The translations under genes and the position numbers were made by a program. Positions 57,753-64,000 of a stretch of 64,000 bases of DNA are shown here, piece by piece; position 1 is the stretch's first letter; each line of letters starts with the position of its first letter. The notes under the pieces were generated by a model. That model made no database searches and was not told where the DNA came from. It saw only the letters and a list, made by a program, of their open reading frames with translations. Origin of the DNA: a virus; the IMG/VR virus record IMGVR_UViG_3300027804_003215, positions 35,481-99,480 of that record; one strand, given 5' to 3'.

Positions 57753-59926
57753 TGTTTTTTATTGGTTATGAATTAAATGTAACAGGTGATTGTAGTTCAC
57801 AAGGCGTAGGTATAATTAGTATTTTACCTTCAGGAGGAACGCCTCCTTATGTGGTAGAGTGGATTAATCCAGTCTTGCCACCAACTGAAACGATTTTAGG
57901 AACAAGTTTAGAAGAATCCTTAGAAGTACAAGCCGTTTCTCCGTCAGTAAGAACTGGTCTTTACCCTGGAATTTATCAAATCAACATCACTGACAGCGCA
58001 CAACCTACCAACAACCAAATTTTAGTAAACGCATATGTTTCAAGTGGATTTTGTACTTCAATTCTTTCAGTAAGTGCAACTACATGTGGTTTAAATAATG
58101 GTTCTGTTACACCATCTGCAACAACAGCAGCTTCCGCAGTTCAATTTAATGTTTATAATACAGGAAATACTCTTGTTGATTTCATTGATACACAAAATGG
58201 AGAATTTCAAATAGGTGATTTAAGTGGTGGTACATATTATATTGTTGCAATTGATAGTGGAGGATGTTCAGCTAGAACATCTAATTTCATAGTTTTAGAC
58301 TCCTCACCACTCGATTTTGGTTTTTACACTGTGCCAAACTCCGCATGTTTACCAACAGGGGAGGCAATCGGTAAAATATATGTTACGGGTCAAACGGGAA
58401 CTCCCCCTTACACATATCTTTGGAGTAATAATGCTACAGGAAGCACAATAACCGGTCTTACAACTGGAGTTTACTCTTGTACCGTTACAGATTCGAATGG
58501 TTGTTCTACAACGAAAAACACTGAGGTAACCAATGTACCCACTTTGGGTCTTATATATTTCAGTGCATACACACCCACTTGTTTTGAGGCAAACGGTGCT
58601 TTAGAAATTTTCATCTCAGGAGGAACTGCACCGTATTATTATTCTGCAAGTACAGGAAATGTAGATATAAGTTACGCACAAAATTTTACAATCTCGAATA
58701 TACCCTCAGGTGATTATGGTTTCGTTGTAACAGACGCAGGTTTATGTCAACTATATGCTGCAAGTAATTTACAGGCGCCTAATTCAATCGGTTCCATATC
58801 AATAAATGCCACGAATTCTACTTGTTCCTCAACAAATGGTTCCATCGCAGTAAATGTTGGTCAAGGTACACCTCCATTTACTTATACATTGGTTTATCCT
58901 GATAGTTCGAACGATTCTATAACAATCAGTCTCCCTAATTATAGCTTCACTAATTTGTATCAGGGCTCATATACAGTTTTAGTTGAAGATGATAGTTCGT
59001 GTGTATTTTCTCAAGTCGTAAATATTTTTACTTCAAATCTCTTTGAAATTTTTACTTCAACAACAGGTTCAACTTGTGGGTTGAACAATGGTTCAATTTA
59101 TGTTGAGATGACGACGGGTGGAACTGCACCTTTCACGTATTCCATCGATGACGTTAATGTTGTCCCTAATTCAAGTTTGACAAGTTATACATATTCTAAT
59201 GTATCACAGGGTTCTCACGTAGTTTCTGTCACCGATGCTAACGGGTGTCAACAACCTCAAACAGTATTTGTGAATGGAACTCCACAAATGGAGTTTAGTT
59301 TATTTGCAGTTGGATGTGGTAATGGCTCAGAGGGTTCTATAACTGCACTAATATCTTCAGGAACTCCACCTTTTGTTTATACGTGGTCGAATAATGTTGC
59401 TGGTAATCCCCAATCAATAACCGCAAACAATCTTACAGGTGGAACATATAATTTAACAATCACGGATGCCAACGGATGTAGTTTAGAAAGAAGCACCACA
59501 ATATCATGTTCTGCAGTCAATTCAGGTTACGTACCTTTTGAGGTTGGAACTGAGGAATTAGTTGTTACTGTGGAAAGTGAAATGGGAATGTTAGAAATGC
59601 TCAATGATGGGTTCCAAGATTTAACAAACGGAAATCCAAATTGTATTCTAAACTCTGCAACATTCATTGCTTCAGTTTCAGTTACACCTGTTGGTTTGTA
59701 TTTACAAGATGTTTTCTATTCAGGGTCAACACTTGTCGATGTTCCTGCTTCTAACTTGTGGTATTCGGCTGTTGAAAATTTACTGATAGCCGTTCCTGGA
59801 GTACAGAGTGTAAACATCAATCCTCTCACAAATCAAATTACAATTACGAAGAGTCCAACCAATCCATATCTGAGTGGACAAATCATAAACATTTCAATTG
59901 CTATTGAATACGATATAAGTTGTTAA
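57752..59926 (+). CDS. SprB-repeat adhesin-like virion protein
   Basis: About six repeats of C...NGSI.V...GGT(A/P)P(F/Y)TY.W.......L..G.Y...VTD.NGC. Confidence 0.75.
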   Translation: MFFIGYELNVTGDCSSQGVGIISILPSGGTPPYVVEWINPVLPPTETILGTSLEESLEVQAVSPSVRTGLYPGIYQINITDSAQPTNNQILVNAYVSSGFCTSILSVSATTCGLNNGSVTPSATTAASAVQFNVYNTGNTLVDFIDTQNGEFQIGDLSGGTYYIVAIDSGGCSARTSNFIVLDSSPLDFGFYTVPNSACLPTGEAIGKIYVTGQTGTPPYTYLWSNNATGSTITGLTTGVYSCTVTDSNGCSTTKNTEVTNVPTLGLIYFSAYTPTCFEANGALEIFISGGTAPYYYSASTGNVDISYAQNFTISNIPSGDYGFVVTDAGLCQLYAASNLQAPNSIGSISINATNSTCSSTNGSIAVNVGQGTPPFTYTLVYPDSSNDSITISLPNYSFTNLYQGSYTVLVEDDSSCVFSQVVNIFTSNLFEIFTSTTGSTCGLNNGSIYVEMTTGGTAPFTYSIDDVNVVPNSSLTSYTYSNVSQGSHVVSVTDANGCQQPQTVFVNGTPQMEFSLFAVGCGNGSEGSITALISSGTPPFVYTWSNNVAGNPQSITANNLTGGTYNLTITDANGCSLERSTTISCSAVNSGYVPFEVGTEELVVTVESEMGMLEMLNDGFQDLTNGNPNCILNSATFIASVSVTPVGLYLQDVFYSGSTLVDVPASNLWYSAVENLLIAVPGVQSVNINPLTNQITITKSPTNPYLSGQIINISIAIEYDISC

Positions 59927-59927
59927 A

Positions 59928-60269
59928 ATGGTACAAGTAAGATTAGATTTTATTTCGGGTGCCTCATATCCAGTTTCAGTGTTCATAGCAGATGTTTATG
60001 GAAACAATCAATCCCTTTTGGGAACAATTAACGCTGGTCCTGTACCTCCTGAAATATCCTACAATTCCGTCATTCCTCCAATTTTTCAAACTGCACCTCA
60101 AATCATGTTGATATTGAGAGATTCGGCGGGTTGTGAAATTTTCAAAATATTGGATTGTACATTCGGATGCGCATTTAATATCACCGTTAGTTTGGTGGAT
60201 TGTATTGTTAATATTTCAATCCAAGGGGCAGTTTGCACGATTGATGGTTGTGATACTTATCCAACCTAA
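59928..60269 (+). CDS. Hypothetical Cys-containing structural protein (113 aa)
   Basis: ORF following the SprB-repeat gene; contains a DSAGC motif like the SprB repeat end. Confidence 0.6.
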   Translation: MVQVRLDFISGASYPVSVFIADVYGNNQSLLGTINAGPVPPEISYNSVIPPIFQTAPQIMLILRDSAGCEIFKILDCTFGCAFNITVSLVDCIVNISIQGAVCTIDGCDTYPT

Positions 60270-60336
60270 TTTTTTTTCAAATTTTATTTCACTAAACTAA
60301 GTCATTCGGGTATTTATAAAATAAAAAAAAGACCCG

Positions 60337-61242
60337 ATGTCCCTTCAATCAATTTTTGTTGTCAATACTGCACCCGGTTGTGATAATTTCATTCAACAAC
60401 AAATCTCTGCGGACACTTGTAATTCGTATATAATTAGAATTACCCCTAATACAAATGCGTTAGGTCCTTTTGATGTTTATGTAAGTACCTATCCCGACCC
60501 GTTATCTGCAGCAACACTTTATTATTCTGCACAAACACGTACGCAAATGTTGAACGGAGTTGTAGTTCAACTCGGTCCTTGTGTTACTCCTACGCCAACA
60601 CCAACTCCAACATCTACACCTCCACCTTCAACTCCAACACAAACGCCAACAAACACCGCCACTCCTTCAGAAACTCCTACAAATACACCAACACCTTCTT
60701 TCACACCAACTTCATCTGAAACCCCAACACCTACACCAACGTTTACAAGTACACCAACTAACACTCCAACTTATACTCCATCAGAGACACCAACTGAAAC
60801 ACCAACGCCAACAAACACAGAAACTCCTACTGAAACGCCAACAAATACACCGACAACAACTGAAACACCGACTCAAACACCTACACCTTCACCATCTCCA
60901 TCACCAAGTGTTTTTGAGATTTTAATTATGGACCAAAATGGTAATGTAATTATTACCCAAGATGGTAATCCATTGATTTTACAAGAGGATGCGACAGGGT
61001 ATTTAGTGAGTTCAGGTGAAACATCTCAACCAATTTGTATTGACCCGCAAACATTGACTCAAACAATATACTCCCCAACAAATGATTGGAGTATTGTTTT
61101 AAGATTCTTCAGTGATAGTGGTCTGAATACTCCATTTAACGGAAACAACTATTGGTACACTAATAGTACAGATTCTCAAACAGGTTATTGGCAAATTGGA
61201 ACAGACGGTTTTGTGATTGGATATTTATGGGACCCTTGTTAA
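60337..61242 (+). CDS. Pro/Thr-repeat (mucin-like linker) protein
   Basis: About 105 aa of TPTPT/TPTNT/TPSET repeats between two globular parts; TATTTAT at 60311. Confidence 0.8.
   Translation: MSLQSIFVVNTAPGCDNFIQQQISADTCNSYIIRITPNTNALGPFDVYVSTYPDPLSAATLYYSAQTRTQMLNGVVVQLGPCVTPTPTPTPTSTPPPSTPTQTPTNTATPSETPTNTPTPSFTPTSSETPTPTPTFTSTPTNTPTYTPSETPTETPTPTNTETPTETPTNTPTTTETPTQTPTPSPSPSPSVFEILIMDQNGNVIITQDGNPLILQEDATGYLVSSGETSQPICIDPQTLTQTIYSPTNDWSIVLRFFSDSGLNTPFNGNNYWYTNSTDSQTGYWQIGTDGFVIGYLWDPC
60584..60908 (+). repeat. Coding low-complexity (T-P-T-x)n repeat
   Basis: Degenerate ACWCCWACN repeats. Confidence 0.85.
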
Positions 61243-61284
61243 AAATAAAATGAAAAAAGTAAAGATTAAAAATATTTATTAGCT

Positions 61285-64000
61285 ATGGCAAATGTAAGAA
61301 TAACCGATTTAAGTATTGCACTTTCAGCCGCCCCCAGCGATGTGCTCTATATTGTAACGAACTACGAGCAAGGTAGTCCAACTTTAACCGGGGATTCTCA
61401 ACAGATAGCATTTTCTGCTTTGACAGACAGTATCACCGGGGGTACTAGTGGTTCGTCTGGAACAAGTGGAACATCTGGTTCATCAGGAATTGATGGTACT
61501 TCTGGTACTAACGGTTCTTCTGGTATTGATGGTACATCAGGAACGTCTGGCTCATCAGGAACGTCTGGCTCATCAGGAGTTGATGGTACTTCGGGTACTA
61601 ACGGCTCTTCTGGTGTTGATGGAACATCGGGTACTAACGGCTCTTCTGGTGTTGATGGTACATCGGGAACGAGTGGCTCATCAGGAATTGATGGAACATC
61701 AGGAACGTCTGGTTCATCAGGAATTGATGGAACATCAGGAACGTCTGGCTCATCAGGAACTGATGGTACTTCTGGTACTAACGGCTCTTCTGGTGTTGAT
61801 GGAACATCGGGTACTAACGGCTCTTCTGGTATTGATGGCACATCGGGAACGTCTGGTTCATCAGGAATTGATGGAACATCAGGAACGTCTGGCTCATCAG
61901 GAATTGATGGAACATCAGGAACGTCTGGCTCATCAGGAGTTGATGGTACTTCGGGTTCTTCAGGAGTGGATGGAACATCAGGAACAAGTGGTACATCGGG
62001 GACATCAGGAACAAGCGGTTCATCAGGAACAAGTGGATTGAGTGGTGTTAATGGAACAAGCGGTACCTCAGGTTCAAGTGGAACACAAGGAACTAGCGGT
62101 TCATCTGGTACAAGTGGTTCTTCAGGAACAGATGGTACATCAGGAACAAGCGGTTCATCTGGTACAAGTGGTTCTTCAGGAACAGACGGAACAAGTGGAA
62201 CGTCAGGTTCAAGTGGAACAGACGGAACAAGCGGAACATCAGGTTCAAGCGGTACAGACGGAACATCTGGTTCATCAGGTACAGACGGAACAAGTGGTAC
62301 TTCAGGAAGTTCAGGTACAGACGGAACAAGTGGTACTTCAGGAAGTTCAGGTACAGACGGAACGAGCGGAACATCAGGCTCAAGTGGTACAGATGGCACA
62401 AGCGGTACATCAGGTTCAAGTGGTACAGATGGCACAAGCGGTACATCAGGTTCATCTGGAACAGATGGTAGTTCGGGAACATCTGGTTCATCAGGAACAG
62501 ATGGCACATCAGGAACAAGTGGTTCTTCAGGAACAGACGGAACAAGCGGAACATCAGGTTCAAGTGGTACAGATGGCACAAGCGGTACATCAGGTTCATC
62601 TGGAACAGATGGTAGTTCGGGAACATCTGGTTCATCAGGAACAGATGGCACATCAGGAACAAGTGGTTCTTCAGGAACAGACGGAACAAGCGGAACATCA
62701 GGTTCAAGTGGGACAGATGGTACATCAGGAACAAGTGGAACATCTGGTTCATCAGGCACAGACGGAACATCAGGTTCAAGTGGTACGGATGGTACTTCAG
62801 GAACTTCTGGTTCATCAGGAACGTCGGGTTCTTCGGGAACTGACGGAACTTCAGGTACAAGTGGCTCTTCAGGAACAGATGGCACAAGCGGTACATCAGG
62901 CTCATCAGGAACAGACGGAACAAGCGGAACTTCAGGTTCAAGTGGAACAGACGGAACAAGCGGAACATCAGGTTCAAGTGGGACAGATGGTACTTCAGGA
63001 ACAAGTGGTTCTTCAGGAACTGACGGTACAAGTGGTACGTCAGGTTCTTCAGGAACAGATGGCACATCAGGAACATCGGGTTCTTCAGGAACAAGCGGTA
63101 CAGATGGTACATCAGGTACAAGTGGTTCTTCTGGAACTAGTGGAACATCAGGTTCAAGTGGAACAGACGGTACTTCGGGTACAAGTGGTTCATCAGGAAC
63201 AGATGGTACTTCAGGTACATCAGGAACAAGCGGTTCGTCAGGAACTAGCGGTACAGATGGTACATCAGGTACAAGTGGTTCTTCTGGAACTAGCGGTACA
63301 GACGGCACTTCAGGAACATCAGGTTCATCAGGTACAAGCGGAACAGATGGTACTTCAGGTACAAGCGGTTCATCAGGAACAAGCGGAACAGATGGTACAT
63401 CAGGAACATCAGGTTCATCAGGTACATCCGGAACTGACGGAACATCAGGAACATCAGGTACTTCAGGGTCATCAGGAACAAGCGGTACAGATGGTACTTC
63501 AGGAACATCTGGAACAAGCGGTTCTTCAGGTACTTCAGGTACAGACGGCACTTCAGGAACAAGTGGTACATCAGGAACAACTGGCACATCGGGAACAAGT
63601 GGTACATCAGGTACAAGTGGTACATCAGGTACAAGTGGAACATCAGGAACTACTGGAACTAGTGGTAGTTCAGGAACAAGTGGTACAGACGGTACATCAG
63701 GAACTAGTGGTACATCAGGTACAACTGGCACATCAGGAACAAGTGGAACTTCAGGTACTAGTGGAACTTCAGGAACTACTGGAACAAGTGGTACATCAGG
63801 TACAACTGGCACATCAGGAACAAGTGGTACATCAGGAACAACTGGCACATCGGGAACAAGTGGTACATCTGGTACAACTGGCACATCGGGAACAAGTGGT
63901 ACATCAGGTACAAGTGGTACATCAGGTACAAGTGGAACATCAGGAACTACTGGAACTAGTGGTAGTTCAGGAACAAGTGGTACAGACGGTACATCAGGAA
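61285..64000 (+). CDS. Proline-free collagen-like (Gly-X-Y)n fibre protein, 3'-truncated by window edge (not in ORF track)
   Basis: ATG 61285 gives MANVRITDLSIALSAAPSDVLYIV... (a fibre-type N-terminus), then GTS/GSS/GTD/GID/GTN/GTT triplets from 61441 to the window end with no stop. TATTTAT lies 5 nt upstream. Confidence 0.9.
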   Translation, partial: MANVRITDLSIALSAAPSDVLYIVTNYEQGSPTLTGDSQQIAFSALTDSITGGTSGSSGTSGTSGSSGIDGTSGTNGSSGIDGTSGTSGSSGTSGSSGVDGTSGTNGSSGVDGTSGTNGSSGVDGTSGTSGSSGIDGTSGTSGSSGIDGTSGTSGSSGTDGTSGTNGSSGVDGTSGTNGSSGIDGTSGTSGSSGIDGTSGTSGSSGIDGTSGTSGSSGVDGTSGSSGVDGTSGTSGTSGTSGTSGSSGTSGLSGVNGTSGTSGSSGTQGTSGSSGTSGSSGTDGTSGTSGSSGTSGSSGTDGTSGTSGSSGTDGTSGTSGSSGTDGTSGSSGTDGTSGTSGSSGTDGTSGTSGSSGTDGTSGTSGSSGTDGTSGTSGSSGTDGTSGTSGSSGTDGSSGTSGSSGTDGTSGTSGSSGTDGTSGTSGSSGTDGTSGTSGSSGTDGSSGTSGSSGTDGTSGTSGSSGTDGTSGTSGSSGTDGTSGTSGTSGSSGTDGTSGSSGTDGTSGTSGSSGTSGSSGTDGTSGTSGSSGTDGTSGTSGSSGTDGTSGTSGSSGTDGTSGTSGSSGTDGTSGTSGSSGTDGTSGTSGSSGTDGTSGTSGSSGTSGTDGTSGTSGSSGTSGTSGSSGTDGTSGTSGSSGTDGTSGTSGTSGSSGTSGTDGTSGTSGSSGTSGTDGTSGTSGSSGTSGTDGTSGTSGSSGTSGTDGTSGTSGSSGTSGTDGTSGTSGTSGSSGTSGTDGTSGTSGTSGSSGTSGTDGTSGTSGTSGTTGTSGTSGTSGTSGTSGTSGTSGTTGTSGSSGTSGTDGTSGTSGTSGTTGTSGTSGTSGTSGTSGTTGTSGTSGTTGTSGTSGTSGTTGTSGTSGTSGTTGTSGTSGTSGTSGTSGTSGTSGTTGTSGSSGTSGTDGTSG
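61441..64000 (+). repeat. 9-bp-period coding repeat (GGN-ACN/TCN-NNN), about 284 triplets, with internal exact duplications
   Basis: 144-bp-period tandem duplication at about 62407-62711; a ~127 bp block at 63577 is repeated at 63874. Confidence 0.9.

Noticed and set aside
60567-60925. VGVG-rich minus ORF and HQ/LQ-rich alternative plus-frame ORF
   Set aside because: Shadows of the Thr/Pro repeat in ORF 60337-61242.
61398-63884. 828-aa minus-strand (VPx)n ORF and other ORFs over the terminal repeat (61448+, 61814-, 62093-, 63290-)
   Set aside because: These are shadow frames of the plus-strand Gly-X-Y gene, which has a proper start, promoter motif and non-repetitive N-terminus. The track missed the real gene only because it has no stop inside the window.
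61441-64000. Possible CRISPR array or ice-nucleation protein
   Set aside because: There is no constant repeat with unique spacers. The period is 9 bp with synonymous variation, and the InaZ AGYGST octapeptide/16-mer pattern is absent.
1-64000. Alternative genetic code (stop-codon reassignment) as in some large phages
   Set aside because: Conserved genes are full length and coding density is high under the standard code.
1-64000. tRNA, rRNA, integrase or IS elements
   Set aside because: None recognised; intergenic gaps are short and AT-rich with no cloverleaf-like sequence visible. A tRNAscan/Infernal run would be needed to exclude them formally.

Overview
This is a 64-kb, AT-rich, densely coding segment of a large myovirus-type (T4-superfamily-like or jumbo) bacteriophage genome using the standard genetic code. 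The host is probably in Bacteroidota; this is an inference from the absence of Shine-Dalgarno sites, A-rich start contexts and a SprB-repeat protein. From left to right the window holds a glycosyltransferase cluster (GT60-like, GT25, two HtrL/YibB-like, GT2-like), a family B DNA polymerase, and a minus-strand block (neck protein, Mn-SOD fusion, SNF2 ATPase, SET methyltransferase). Next come head-tail joining, sheath, tube, chaperone, tape-measure and baseplate genes, then a replication block (gp32-like SSB, UvsX/RecA, 5'-3' exonuclease, DnaB-like helicase, class II RNR). The right end has baseplate wedge and fibre-type genes and an unfinished, proline-free (Gly-X-Y)n protein. The best candidate for an undescribed system is phage-encoded virion O-glycosylation. 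A GT60-type protein O-glycosyltransferase plus extending GTs occur together with a [S/T]-[G/A]-x-T motif that is strongly enriched in structural proteins and nearly absent from the enzymes checked, and with mucin-like and Ser/Thr collagen-like substrates. Other highlights are a SOD fused to a PD-(D/E)xK-like domain, a TATTTA(T/A) promoter motif giving near-leaderless mRNAs and overlapping hairpins, a structured leader on the polymerase mRNA, a probable +1/-2 frameshift in the tail chaperone, and two genes missed by the ORF track. All family calls come from recognising motifs by eye; no database searches were run.
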